This document shows positions 13,405 through 26,637 of a DNA stretch of 64,000 nucleotides, piece after piece (within the stretch, counting starts at the first letter, position 1; every line of letters starts with the position of its first letter). The notes below the pieces were generated by a model that was not told where the DNA came from, did not search any database, and worked only from the letters and a program-made list of their open reading frames with translations. The position numbers were made by a program, and so were the translations under genes. Origin of the DNA: Octopus vulgaris (Eukaryota). The DNA is taken from NCBI GenBank assembly GCA_951406725.2, contig OX597817.1:99448001-99512000 (forward strand), read 5' to 3'.

Positions 13405-13826
13405 AGAGAACCTTCCGTTTCGCGACCGTTGCCAGCACCGCCCCGTTTCGTGTCCGTTGCCAGCCTCGCCTGGCCCTTGTGCCGGTGGCACATAAAAAGC
13501 ACCATCCGTTCGTGGCCGTTTGCCAGCTCTGTCTGGCACCTGTACGGGTGGCACGTAAAAAGCACCCACTACACTCACGGAGTGGTTGGCGTTAGGAAGG
13601 GCATCCAGCCGTAGAAACACTGCCAGATTTGACGGGGCCTGATGAAGCCTTCTGGCTTCACAGACCCCAGTAGAACCGTCCAACCCATGCTAGCATGGAA
13701 AACGGACGCTAAACGACGATGATGATGATGATGATGTTGTGTTTGGGAAGAGTAATTTTCTTTCCGTGCCTTATAATTCAACACACTCACCAGTAAAATT
13801 TCCACTTATTCCTTATTTTTATTTTC

Positions 13827-13863
13827 CTAAAATTTTCGTTGCGTCTTGCGACCTTTTCAATAG
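13827..13863 (-). ncRNA. Degenerate minimal hammerhead-like motif
   Basis: CUA-UUGAAAA-G-GUCGC..GCAAC-GAAA-AU-UU-UAG; stem III is the palindrome AAUU. Confidence 0.4.
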
Positions 13864-13919
13864 TCTTGATTCTGTCCGTTATTTACACTACGTTCCTTTT
13901 TGTTTGTTTGTGCACATGT

Positions 13920-14990
13920 GAGAAATGGATGGATAAGGTTATAGAGGTAGTCAGGATATGCAATAGAGTGCTAGTCCTGTAGCGACAATTATCTATCCCT
14001 ACGCCCCAGAAGCAGACCTACCAAGCAACCAGACGGACCACTTTTATGATACCCTTCTACAAGCTACCTCAAAGACGAGTGGCAATGACCTCATCTTCAT
14101 GGCTGAGGATTTTAATAGGCATGCCGGATAGCAATCTGGTATCTTCCATGGTGTTCACGGGGGCCATGGAATTGATTCCCAAAATGAAGAGGGATTTAGG
14201 CTACTGAGGTCCTGTGATGCATGAAACCTATTAATTTGCTCCACTAACTTCAAGAAGCCAGATAGCCACCTGATAACCTATCAATCGGGTGACTCTGCTA
14301 GGCAGATTGATTTCATCCTCACCAGACAGCAGGATACAAAGACCCTCCCTGGAGAAGAATGTACCCCCCCCCCCCTCCCATAGACTAGTTATTTGTGACT
14401 TTAGACTCGAGGCCAGAAGCATGGCAATCCAGAAAAGAAGGATTTGGAAGCTAAAGAACCCTTCATATGGTCAGAGAATTAGGGACATCCTCATTGAGAA
14501 ATTTGATGAGAGGGAAGAGGAGCTACAGACTTCAGACATAGAGAATAACTGGAAATTCCTATGGGACAGCTTACTGAGTGCCACAGACCAAATCTGTGGC
14601 TGGTGCAAAGTCCCTTCAAGACCTAGAGTAATGTGGTGTTGGAATAATACAGTAGACAAGGCCATTAGAGCAAAGAAACAGGTCTGGAAAGCCTGGAAGA
14701 ATGGGGGTAGCAGGGAATTGTACCAGATAGCCAGAAGGGAAGCTGGGAGACAGTTATACTCAGCCAAGGGAGAAGCAGAAAAGAAGAAGTTTGCCTATGT
14801 TCAGCAATGTGAGGACCAAAGAACTGAATTATTTCGGATGGCAAGACAGTGTGTAAAAGAAAATTGTGATGTCACAGGAGAGAAATGTGTTTGCATGGAT
14901 GATGGTGCACTTGCTTTTAATGATTCTGAAGAGAAAGAGGCTTGGAGAAGCCATTATGAAAGGCTGCTGAATGTGGAGAATTAATTGGAG
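13920..14990 (+). pseudogene. Degenerate RTE LINE fragment (APE C-terminus and linker)
   Basis: Homologous to 10220-11330 (RRIWKLK, ATDQICGWCKVPSRP), with stop codons. Confidence 0.9.
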
Positions 14991-16448
14991 GATGATGTTT
15001 GTGGGCACCACAAGGAAGAAATAGTAAGCTTACACAATATCAACAAAAGGTTAAGAGAGCTTAATGTAGAATGGAAATTTATTTTGTAGCATGTCAGAAA
15101 AGCTATTTCAGTGGTCACATCATAGCACATCAGAGTCGGGCACATATGAATATTAGAGGCAGTTTTTGCCCAAGAAGAAAAACAGGAGTTTTAATCAGCT
15201 AGTGGATAGACAACGAACCACCAACATCGCATCTCCATCATGGAATGGCCTCACACCAGCTTCACGCCACTAGCAGTGAATTACACCTGCCCTCAAACTC
15301 GATCACATCATGAACAGTCTCTCATTTCCATCCACGAAATTCTGGATGACATCAGCCACATGCCTCATAATGAGCAGTATATTTTTGTTTAAGCTAGCTC
15401 CATTTTCTGATAGCATATAACGACTTCTAAATAAATATATGCTTTCCCTGACTCGTGCATATACACAGGCTATGTTCTTTTTACTAGTTAGCTTTCGTAA
15501 TAATTCAATAAATTAGATTATTTGTTTAAAAACTGCCTTCTGATACTCCATTACACATGCTTCCCAAAAGCTCACTCACAGGACTTTACCATGAACACTT
15601 TCACACTATAAATGGACACACACTAAAATTTTTTATCGTTTGCTTGTTTCTGTTATTGAACTGCAGCCATGCTGGGGCATCACCTTGAAGGGTTTTAGTC
15701 GAAAAAATTAACACCAGTACTTGTTTGTTTATTTTTGAAGCCTGTCTCATTTTGCTGAACTGCTATGTTATGGGTATATTTTCATGTTTTACTTGGTCGA
15801 TTTGATATTTTGTATTGTAGAAAATGTTTTCACCTATTTTCTTGTTTTTTACAAAACATATTTAAAAGTTTGTATTTTAGAAAGTTTTCACTCTCATTTT
15901 CTTGGATGTTACGTGCAAGAAGATAATGGCTTGTAAAGAGAAAATAGTTAAAATACATGTTTTTAGAATAGAAGCTATACTGTCAAGGGAGAAAATGAGA
16001 AAGAGAGAATACATCTTACTTATGGCTGCCAAGCAAAAATCTCAAGCATTGAGACAGAGCTCAGCTGCTCAACTGAAATAGCCAAGAAAAATATTCATTT
16101 TACATTCACCTTATATATTTTCAAAACAGCCGTTGGATTACTAATACATGATTAGCTCAATAAACACACATGACAAAGTTGAAACATTAAAATATCACCT
16201 GAAAATGTGATCATTGTGTTAGCTTTACTCCACCTAGATTATTGGAGAAAAGGCAGTCAATCAAGATCAACATACAGTAAAGTAGCAAAAACCAAATGAT
16301 GGTGTAAAGTTATTTGCAGGAGTGAGTGGTACAGATGAAGAATCACCCAAAGAACATACAGAAATATTATGGACACATGAGCCGGGTACAAACGAGGTGG
16401 GGTGAGTGTGACTGTATATCTTTTATCGTTTATACTTGTTTCTGTCAT

Positions 16449-17147
16449 GGATCTTTTCTGTTTGGCGGCACCTGTGAAAATTTCAAAGTTTATTGAAAAA
16501 TTTAAAATTTGGTGTATTTATGTAATTTTCCAAGTTGAATCTCAGGAGATATTTCAGTTTTTCCAGGAAATTTTTTTTAATTTATAGAAGTTCAAAGTTT
16601 GATCATTTTTACCCAGTCAGAAAACAGGATTTGGAATTTGTCCTTTTGTGCATAACAGCATTTGTTTTCAACTGTAAACAATAAAACATTGGCAGAATTA
16701 TGCTTTATGCACACCATATAACCCCTCATAACTTTTTTATTTTGTATTTTTAGTTTGTATTCTACTCACAGGAATTCATATGATTATGCAAAAACCAAAA
16801 CAAAAAATTGGGTGTGTGTGATTTAAGGTCTATTTTAGCTGCTATTTTTAGCACATCTTACCTCAATGAGTAGAATATATTTATCAACACATGCTTTGTC
16901 ACAGACAAAAGAGTTCCCATGCGTGTCTTGTCACTATGGAAACAGGCATGAATGTGTCTGTGGCTTATGTTTGGGTAAAATTACCCAAAATTTGCAAACT
17001 TTAAAAGCTATTAACTCTTGATATATTAATTTATGACAGAAATGAATTTCTTGGCATTGATTAAAATATAAAACAACATCATTATACTGAATCAATTGGA
17101 ATAGAAATTGAAGAGACTGAAATTTAGCAGCCAAACAGAAAAGATCC
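16449..17147. mobile_element. MITE with GGATCTTTTC termini
   Basis: TIR GGATCTTTTCTGTTTGGC/GCCAAACAGAAAAGATCC, flanked on both sides by TGTCAT. Confidence 0.75.
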
Positions 17148-18032
17148 TGTCATTTAAGCCCAGTACTTATTGTGTCGGTCTATTTTGCCGAACTGCTACA
17201 CACCGGTTGTCAAGCGGTGGTAGTGGTGAAACATACACACACACATACATTATATATATATATTATATATTTATAAATTAGAGAAAAACCACTATTATGC
17301 AATTCAAACAATGATAGATATAAACCAAATCATAAATAAAAAATAAAATATATTTTAAAACAAATAACTAGATCACAGAAAGTACAAAAATGAATAAACA
17401 ATATATAATAAGGAATAAGACCACGTACGTTTCATGGCTATAATTTAAATTCGAATTACAATTAAATTTAAATTTAATCAAAAATAGGGCATGCTAGAAA
17501 TAGCAGCTAAATCTCTCCTTTTCTGAGGAAAGGAGTCATTTACATGTGATTATATTATGTATATATATAATCATCAGTGGATCATATATCTGACCATTGG
17601 TCACTCTATGACCAGTCACATAACCAACCTCCTGTAAATATATATATATATATACTAGACTACTCATGACCTGTTGGGTCACTAATAGATCAAGGTACCC
17701 GAAAAAAAACACATGTCTCAGGAATCCGTGGTCCAATTTACATGAAAATTGTGTTATTCCTTTTGAATTCATATTTCAATAGCACTTTACTTTCAAAGCA
17801 TTTTCCCATTATATGCCAGTTTGGCTATTTAAAAAGGTACCCCAAAAAACTCCGTACTTGGTAACACATGGTCTGATTTACACAAAACTTTATTATTCTG
17901 TTTGTATTCACATAAGCATCCGATTCATGATGTCTTCTGCTTTTGTCTCTTTCCCTCTGTTTCACCAGATGCTCAGCCCTTACTTTATCAGTCTCATCAA
18001 TCCTTCTGTTTGCATGCCTGTTCTGATCTTGG

Positions 18033-18478
18033 GTAAAGGGTACGTTCATACATCAGTGTGAAATAATTTTTACCACAGGTTTTTTCAAGTGCATTAAACG
18101 TATCTTATCTCCAAACCTGCCACAAGCCACTTTCTTCCGGAAAAGAAATGGGGAGGGGTGGTGGGGACCTTGGAGTTTCCCAGGAAACTCCGAGTTTTTC
18201 ACCAATAGAGTTTTGTGCCTTTTCCAGGATATTTTGCATGCTTTCAATGAATGTGACATTGAAAGCATGCAAAATATCTGGAAAAGAAAAAAAACCTCAA
18301 AACAAAACTCCATTGGTGGAAAAATTGGAGTTTCCCAGGAAACTGTGAGGTCCCCTCTACCCTTTCTTTTCCAGAAAAAGGGGCTTGTGGCGGGTTTGGA
18401 GGTAAGATGTGTTGAATGCACTTGAAAAACATACGGAAAAAAAATTATTTTACACTGAAGTATGAATGGGTCCTTTAC
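18033..18478. mobile_element. Fully palindromic (fold-back) MITE
   Basis: Imperfect ~220-bp arms centred near 18253 (TTTTGCATGCTTTCAATG/CATTGAAAGCATGCAAAA). Confidence 0.75.
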
Positions 18479-19391
18479 AAAATATTTACCTGCTTGAAAC
18501 TAATTTTAAAAAAAATTAATATATTGTCTATTTAAAGAAAGCTAAATTATAAATACTTGCTGTACAAACAACTTGTGCTTTTTGAAATTACATTCACTTA
18601 AAAATATTTCTAAATGATTAAAATATCGTGTTTCACAAACGCAAAAATAGAAACATTTCCTGTAGAAACAACTCATATTTTTTCATTGGCAGGTTAAAGT
18701 TACTAAGATTTTTACCCAGGTCGTTAAGTTTGTCTTTAAAATACAGAAGTCATTGATCATAATGTCTCTAATCAAGAGGTTAGAGTTTCATCCCTTTCAA
18801 AGTTATGCTATTTTCAGAGTATGTACTGTTTTGGGTACTTATGAATACCCCAAACCTCCACCATATCTCAGGAATCTGTGGTCTGATTTACACAAAACTT
18901 GTTTTATTCCGTTTGTATTCACATTTCAGAGGTACCTTAATTCATAGTATTTTCCCATTATGCGCCAGTTTGGCTGTATTGAATGACAGAGTTTTAGTAG
19001 TAGTAGTATATATATATATATATATATATATGTTATAAAATGAGATAGGGGTTGAAAATTCAACCCACCATGGGATAACATATATCCAATATACTGCTAG
19101 ATAGGTACCCAACAAGACTAATACATAGATGTTAAAAATTGCCAAACAATCAGTTCATCTATTGTATTATATGGGTAAAGGTAATAATATTACCGTAAAT
19201 TAATACTACAAAATTAGAAAATGGAGAAACATACTTAAATCAATAAAACATCAACTATCAGATGATACCCAATCAATACTTTATTACACCATTACATATC
19301 AGTAAAGGCATTATACAAAATATACAGTAAATGTAAATAGACAAAGAGATATAAGTATAAAATTTCAAATATAAAATGTAATTAAATCATA

Positions 19392-19501
19392 TCTAACAGC
19401 TGTTTCGGCAGCAAGGGCAGTCATACCTTATTTAACCTATAAGCCATAAAGGCAGGTATAAATGAGGCATTAACAAGGATGCCCCACGGCCTCTTCAGAG
19501 A
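19392..19501 (-). ncRNA. Hammerhead-like motif with long stem II insert
   Basis: UCU-CUGAAGA-GGC..(~80 nt)..GCC-GAAA-CAGCUG-UU-AGA; palindrome ACAGCUGU. Confidence 0.6.
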
Positions 19502-21481
19502 ATTAAATTTGTTATAATTTTGAAAAAATTATTTTTCCATATACATATAAATATAAAAATATAAAAATGTAAAATATAAAAACTTATGCATAACTTCATA
19601 ATGCTACACTTATATAATATAATACTCATTGGTACAATAATGCAAGGTAAACAAAACAAAATAAAACAAAATATATATCAGTGTATATATTAATATTAAT
19701 AAGCACAGTTATTATACATATTTGGCTAATAGTTTTAAAAAAACTAACACATAGGGAGATGAAAAATAATAATTAAAACCATGGTTCAGTTCATAAAATT
19801 ATAAAGCTATAAAAGTCAATAAAAATTACTATTAATATTAATAATAATAATAATAATAATAATAGATACAGTTATGTTTGCACCAAGTCCATCCTTTCAA
19901 GATCGAAATAACTATGAGTTTAGAAATTCTGACCACTAGGTAATGATTATTTAGATCAATTCGATTGGCTAGTAGTTTGAAATTTAAATCACAAAAGAAA
20001 TTTTACGGTTAGTTAGTCAAGGAACGCCAATATTCACACGCGCATCACACAGATCAATCGCACATACATACATAATTATATGTATACACACACACATACA
20101 CTTATACACATACATAACCACAAGCAACAACTAGCACATAGATAAACAAATAGGGGAGCAAACTATGCTGCCATTTAGTCTTTCAAAATTAAAACTATGC
20201 CTCAAATAACAAAAAAGATCCACTCATGCATTTCCATAAAATATTTATTTTAAAGATATATATATTTTTAAATATCAGTATGTTACGATGTCAGATACTA
20301 TTTCACTGGGTAACTTAAATTTATAACACCGGTTTGTTGCATAGTAAACATACCGGTTATTAGATTTACCGTAAGTTTGTTATGATTCCAAGTACGCTAA
20401 GTTATAAAATATATATTAATTTATATATTATAAATATATCTCTTTTTTACTTAATAAATTCAATGCCATAGTATACCAGATTAGGCATTAAATAATATCA
20501 TCATGGGGAAGTACTAATGCAATCGTATATAAGAACATCACAGAAATTTTTAAAAATTAATATATTGTAAATACTTAAGTTAAAATGTGATAAAATAAAT
20601 AAGAAGAAATAATTACGGTTACACACATATTATAAGTACACACCAGTATATATGTATTCATATATTATTAAAATCAAAATAAATGATAGATATGTATGTA
20701 TAAAACTACACTTGTATAAGTAAATAAGTAAAAAATAAATAGATAGCAAATTAGATGACTTGATATGTATGTATAAATCTATACTTAAATAAGCAAATAA
20801 ATAAATAATTAGAAGACTAAATGCAAAGATAGATACCATTGCAATAAAAAAAAATAAAAAATAAAAACTAAAAATTAAAAAATAAAAAATAAAGTGAATA
20901 TATATATTATATTGATGAAAGTAAACATGTATGGAAGGATAATTTAAAGTACAGATCCAGAAGACTATAGATATAAACTAAATATATAAGGCTGGTAATA
21001 TTTATAAAGCCAAATGTTTGTAAATGAAAAGGTTTATTAGTAAATAGCATTAGATACAAATTAATGTGAGTACAAAGAAAGACCAAATATACAATATAAA
21101 CCTGCCAAATAAACACATACAAAAAACCTAGATTCTCAACCTAAACAAACCAAACTCACAAAAGGCTCTCATATATTACATATTACACAATAGCATTACA
21201 TTATCTAGAGCTAGGTATCTAACCAAGATATACATATACACTATGCAATATTAGAAAACTTCAAAAATCACATATTACAAGGCAAATACCAAAATGAATA
21301 TGTTATTTCATGTCATATTGCATTTCCCTTAAAAACAAGACAAAAACCCACATATAAAAAACAAGAAACAATTAATACTAGACACATCTATTATTATTAT
21401 ACAAATGTAGCTATAAAATTATAAAATTATAAATTTATAAGTTGCATACTTTAGAATTATAGAAGACCACTTCTTAGTTAG

Positions 21482-22702
21482 TTATAGAAGGGAGTTAAAA
21501 AAATTATTAATAGTAGAAGTGCTAAAGGTGAACGGTAGTCTATGAATGCAAAAAAAGTTTTTTTCATTTATGTTGTTAATAATTTGCCTACCCGCTTTAA
21601 TAATGAAAAAAATTTCATTAATACATAGAGTGCATTTTTTATTTTTTCCATTATACACAGGTGCTGAAGTTAGTATTTTCCAGTTTAATCTAAAATCTAA
21701 GTTCTTACTTTTAAGTTCCCAGATGTATGCACTTAAACCTGTAGAGTACATTCTATTTTTATTTCTAAAAGTATATCTGTGATAATTCAATCTCTGTTTT
21801 ATGCTATTCATAGTTGCCCCGATGTACACCCTACTACTCAATTGTGTATCTACAGTGCATTGGTAAACTACCTCCTTCCTGAGGCATTGATTACCAAACA
21901 CACATTTATTTCTGTTTCTGCAATTACAAAGATTAACAGAATGAGGTAATCTAAGATTGGTCCCCACCCCTGTACCACCATTCACATTATAAGTGTTACA
22001 ATTGTTATCATCATCCAAACCCAAAATCAACGAATGAGTTAATTTCACATTATTGGCTATATTCCTATCACTAGTACTAGTATTGGTAGTAGTAGTATCA
22101 TCTATTACATTTATATTATCCCTACCAGGTACGGTGCACTCATAATTAGTAAGGGGGTTGTTCACATTAGTTCCAAGAAAGTTTCTGTTCCTATTATTAT
22201 TAAAGAGGGGCAAATTTCCATTGTTTGAATTCAATTTTCTATCCTTATAGAAGTAATCCAGTTTCCTGTTATTAAAAGAGGAGATAATGGTGGCTAGATT
22301 ATGAGTAATGCTATATCCCACTCTAACAGTACCGTTGTTAATTAAAGGACTAAATTTATTCTTATCCTTACCAAAATGCCTAAATATAACATTATGCAAA
22401 GCTCTCACTGTGTTTGTTTTAATCTGCATTGCATATGGGATGATCAGCCAGAGTGTATCCTTATCAGAATTAGGATTGCCTATCGAATTATTGTTATTTG
22501 TAAAAATCCTATTCCTAGACCAACCCATAAGTTTACTATTCTTACCACTGCCATTGTTATATCTATCTATATCAATATTCCCATGATTATTACGCAAGTA
22601 AACTTTACCATTATCATGTCTACCATAAGTTTTAATATGTATATTATTATTAATATTACTACTATTACCCGTTTGCTCAGATCTATTTAAGCTACCGTTC
22701 AC
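21482..22702 (-). pseudogene. PLE ORF C-terminus: Asn-rich linker + GIY-YIG endonuclease
   Basis: EVVYQCTV...VYIGATMNSIKQRLNYH; frameshifted from the upstream RT thumb. Confidence 0.85.
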
Positions 22703-22914
22703 CTTTCCGAGGTTAACATCACCTCTACAATTATTATAGGTGTTATCATATATTCTATTTTTTTTCTATTCTTATATTTATTATTGTTTATCCTAAATCT
22801 ATTGGTGTTGTTCCTAATAGTTCCACCTCCATTAGGAGGGTTCCCCTTAGGTATAAACCATATCTTACTTTTGTATCCTGCCTTAAGCAATGCTGCATTG
22901 TATCTATCACAATG

Positions 22915-22963
<49 letters not shown>

Positions 22964-23227
22964 TAGTAATGCAATACTAGAGTATTGCTTTCCAGTAAAG
23001 AATAGCCCATGAGGGAAAATATATACATATATATATATACATATATATACGTTTAAATATTTGTTGTGCAAGATTTTTTATGTGAAGTCGTGTGTTGAAA
23101 CAGATATTGTTATATTTCGGAATGGTCATATTGCCAGTTTAGCCAATAAAAACACACGCACTATATATTTGGTGTTATTTCGCTTCAGTGATATTTATTT
23201 TTTACATTAATCTTAATCTTATTTCAG

Positions 23228-23267
23228 CCAAAGTTCTTTCGTCACACTCCTGTGACCGCATCAGTGG
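23228..23267 (-). ncRNA. Hammerhead-like motif in pLTR (core CUGAUGC)
   Basis: CCA-CUGAUGC-G-GUCAC..GUGAC-GAAA-GAAC-UU-UGG. Confidence 0.6.
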
Positions 23268-23586
23268 TCCTTTGTTTTCTTCTCACTTATTTGTGTCTCT
23301 CCTTACTAACCGTCAGCCATTTTGTATTTCTATTGCATGTCTTCATTTGTGCATGCTTATATCTCTATGTGCGTCTATGTTTATTTAGTGTGTGTGTGTG
23401 GGGGGGATGCCTGTAATATTTGTATCTTCTGTTTATATACATTCTTGTAATTTGTATTTTGTTTTTGTTGTTGTTGCTTTTGTTCTAATTTTGTTCATGT
23501 GTTTACATCCACCCATTATTATCATTACATATGCTTGTATGTATGTATAACAACAATATTAGTAATAATAATAATAAATCTAATCG

Positions 23587-23634
<48 letters not shown>

Positions 23635-23758
23635 TACACATATACATATATATATATATACACATATACATACATAGATATATATACATATATATAGTTA
23701 TTCATTTCTATCTGTTTATTTATCTGTGTATTTATTATGTTTTCAGGATCCTCTATCG

Positions 23759-26161
23759 TCATATGTTGTGGTGTGTGCTATTGCTCCATTCTAGTTTTCT
23801 ATTCAGGCTAGGTTTATTTTCTATTATATGTGTAGCTTCTGTAATTTGTCTAATTGTTGCATCTGTTCTATGTGTGGACAATATCTTAATCTCTATGTTA
23901 TTGATTGATCCCCCGTGTTCCTGTTCGGCGTGTTGGTACAGAATCGATGAGCTTTTACCTTCCTTGAGTTGTCTCCAATGTTCATTCACCCGCTCTCCAA
24001 TGCTTCTTGCTGTTTCCCCTACGTATGTTACTGTCTCGTTACTGCATCGTCCCTCTATACATCTTATACTATAGACTACATTTCTGGCTTTACAGTTTGT
24101 TTGTGGGCTAAATCTACATACAGTGCAATAGTTATCCGTACAGAGGGTTCTACTAAAAGGATAGGTTCTACCAATTATAGATCTGATAGGGTTGCCTGGC
24201 TTTTCAACAACCTTAATTCTTAGTTTAAGTTTATCTAGGGTCCTTCTAAAGCGGTATGCCAGTTCACCTCCAGGGGTGGTGTCAACGAACATGACACTCT
24301 GGTATTTATGGCTATCATACCAAGAGTTGGCCTTCCCTATTTTCTTTTTTGTCCTTTCTATTGTGTTCCATGACTTGTTCCTATAGATTGGGCAAATCCC
24401 ATTCCTATCATTACATAATATATTATCAAATTTCTTCATGGCTCCTTTGTATACTCTGATCCTTTCTTTATGGCTGTAACCTGAGAACTGCATGCGGTGA
24501 ATGAAATACTGTATGTGTCTCTTTAATTCTGTAGGCTCGCACATGCGTGACACATTTCTCATTATTCTGACGAGGTCTGCCATCAAAATATTGAATTTGG
24601 CATTGTCCGCAATGGCTGAGTTCCGGTGGATCAGGTATTTTGAGACCATAGGTTTTGCATAGTATGAATGAAGGATTTGGGTTTTATTTTTCACAATTTC
24701 TAGCCAGAGTTCAGTGTCTAGTACTGGTAGTCTATGGTTGGGGTGTTTAGTGGGGTAGTCTATTGTGACCTTAATACTCTGGTGGATGGAGTTAGCTATT
24801 TGCTGGATGCTCTCCATAGTATTAGTTTCTATTACTATATCAACATTACTCTCTTGTGGGGGTGCCTTTACTACTATGTTGATATCATCAACATAGCGAG
24901 AGTACATGTTTACGAGTATGGATTTCTGCAGTAGGCATTCTTTAAGCCTTCTGTCCCACCATACCATGAAGAGGTTGGCCACATCACCAGCGATACTAAC
25001 ACCGATGGCTGCCCCCTCGTCCTGGGCATATATTTTATTATTAAATTTAAATGTGTGGCCTTTTAGGGTAACTCTTATACTAGCTCCTAGTGCATGTTCG
25101 ATCATTTTCTTTACCTGATGGCCATTTGCGGGGCTCCGTATGGCTCTGGTCCATCCGCGCCATCTTTCTATATGTGTCTTCCTAGCCATAGAAGTAATTG
25201 TAGGCGGTCTACCTCTTAAACATCTACTGGGGCAGAAACTACTAAGATTATGTTTATCTAAGTATTCATTATTATATGGCAGTCTAAGTAGGAGGCCCAG
25301 TTCTTCTGTGTTGACATTACAGAACTCCACCCGGCTCTCGTTGATCATCTCCACGCACTTCTCCACTGCAAAATCTACGTCAATCGATGGGTATAGGGAT
25401 ACCACATCCATGCTACCTACTATACATCCTGTCAAGTCACAAGTTTTGTTACAGTCACTGATCCTGCTTAGGAGATCTTCTGTGCTGTCACACACATCAG
25501 GTGACATCCTGATTATAGGGCGTATGATCATTGAGAGGAAGTAGGATATTCTGTAATTGCTAGCGATATTCGCTCCACAGACTGGTCTTGTTGGTGGTCC
25601 TGCTATAGGGTCAGTAAAAACTTTATGGTCCTTGCGAAGTCCATACAGTGCCGGGATATCATTGTTCCAGGCTTGGAAATTCTTTGCAGTACGTTTCTGG
25701 GGTCCCAGAACAATTGTCCACATCATCATGTGGGCATTGAGGACCTTTTCTCTCTCCTCATGCGCCTGTACAGTTGTTACTTTTGTATTGGCGATATGAG
25801 GTTGCATTGCCTGGATGTAGTTCAGTAAGCTGTCTATTGACATCCTGCCGGACTTATCTGTGGGAAGGCATATCACCTCTCCGTTCCTCGTGCGCTGAAT
25901 GAGCTTCTGTAGGCCACATGCAGGTTTAATCCCGAGTTGTTGGGCATCTGTCTTATTCTGTCTCTGTCTCTTAATGTATAATCCTAAAATCTGTCTAAGT
26001 TTGGTCCTAGCTATAGTGAACTGTGCTTCCATGTGGTCATTAGTACGTCTTGGGATGTATACTCTTTTGTTGAAGGGTAATGTTGTTGGATAAATTCGGT
26101 TCATGCAGTAAGTTTTGTCGCATACGTTGAAGAATTGAGTGTCAAAGGGATGGGTATACAT
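23759..26161 (-). CDS. PLE reverse transcriptase + C-terminal GIY-YIG endonuclease (800 aa; frame stays open upstream into an Asn-rich tract)
   Basis: PTDKSG, LYGLRKDHK, RPVC, SMDVVSLYPSI, GAAIG, YSRYVDD, LPVLD; CxxxxCxxC linker; VVY..YVGET..R..EH..E..N. Confidence 0.92.
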   Translation of the reverse strand: MYTHPFDTQFFNVCDKTYCMNRIYPTTLPFNKRVYIPRRTNDHMEAQFTIARTKLRQILGLYIKRQRQNKTDAQQLGIKPACGLQKLIQRTRNGEVICLPTDKSGRMSIDSLLNYIQAMQPHIANTKVTTVQAHEEREKVLNAHMMMWTIVLGPQKRTAKNFQAWNNDIPALYGLRKDHKVFTDPIAGPPTRPVCGANIASNYRISYFLSMIIRPIIRMSPDVCDSTEDLLSRISDCNKTCDLTGCIVGSMDVVSLYPSIDVDFAVEKCVEMINESRVEFCNVNTEELGLLLRLPYNNEYLDKHNLSSFCPSRCLRGRPPTITSMARKTHIERWRGWTRAIRSPANGHQVKKMIEHALGASIRVTLKGHTFKFNNKIYAQDEGAAIGVSIAGDVANLFMVWWDRRLKECLLQKSILVNMYSRYVDDINIVVKAPPQESNVDIVIETNTMESIQQIANSIHQSIKVTIDYPTKHPNHRLPVLDTELWLEIVKNKTQILHSYYAKPMVSKYLIHRNSAIADNAKFNILMADLVRIMRNVSRMCEPTELKRHIQYFIHRMQFSGYSHKERIRVYKGAMKKFDNILCNDRNGICPIYRNKSWNTIERTKKKIGKANSWYDSHKYQSVMFVDTTPGGELAYRFRRTLDKLKLRIKVVEKPGNPIRSIIGRTYPFSRTLCTDNYCTVCRFSPQTNCKARNVVYSIRCIEGRCSNETVTYVGETARSIGERVNEHWRQLKEGKSSSILYQHAEQEHGGSINNIEIKILSTHRTDATIRQITEATHIIENKPSLNRKLEWSNSTHHNI

Positions 26162-26597
26162 GTCAATGGTCTCTCTAGGGTTATCTTCATTATCGTTACT
26201 GTTTCCAACATCAGCCTTCCTATTATTATTTTCACCATTACCATTACTACTATTATTCCTATTACCACCACAACTATCACTACTATCCTCATTACTACTT
26301 CTACTGTTACCATCACCACTACTACTACCACTATTATTGTTATTACCTTTATTCCTACCATTGCCATTATTACTATCATCGCTAGTAAAACAAAAACAAA
26401 ATACAAATTACAAGAATGTATATAAACAGAAGATACAAATATTACAGGCATCCCCCCCCCCCCATACACACACACACTAAATAAACATAGATGCACATAG
26501 AGATATAGGCATGCGCAAATGAAGACATGCAATAGAAATACAAAATGGCTGACGGTTAGTAAGGAGAGACACAAATAAGTAAGAAGAAAACAAAGGA

Positions 26598-26637
26598 CCA
26601 CTGATGCGGTCACAGGAGTGTGATGAAAGAACTTTGG
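26598..26637 (+). ncRNA. Hammerhead-like motif in inverted pLTR
   Basis: Inverted copy of 23228-23267. Confidence 0.6.

Larger units (their letters stand above)
9600..13735 (+). mobile_element. Near full-length RTE-clade LINE
   Basis: APE endonuclease, RT, 3'UTR and (GAT)n tail are all present. The 5' boundary is approximate. Confidence 0.93.
19040..22917 (-). mobile_element. 5'-truncated Penelope-like element (CxC-linker GIY-YIG family) with long AT-rich 3' region, flanked by (TA)n
   Basis: RT thumb end YNAALLKAGY (22699-22915), N-rich linker, then CNCRNRNKC..VVYQC..YIG..RLNYH..CTLC (21482-22702); hammerhead motif downstream on the same strand. Confidence 0.8.

Noticed and set aside
17415-17470. 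GAAACGUACGU half-motif on the minus strand
   Set aside because: The first core box is missing and the cleavage position is G; it is a truncated relic.
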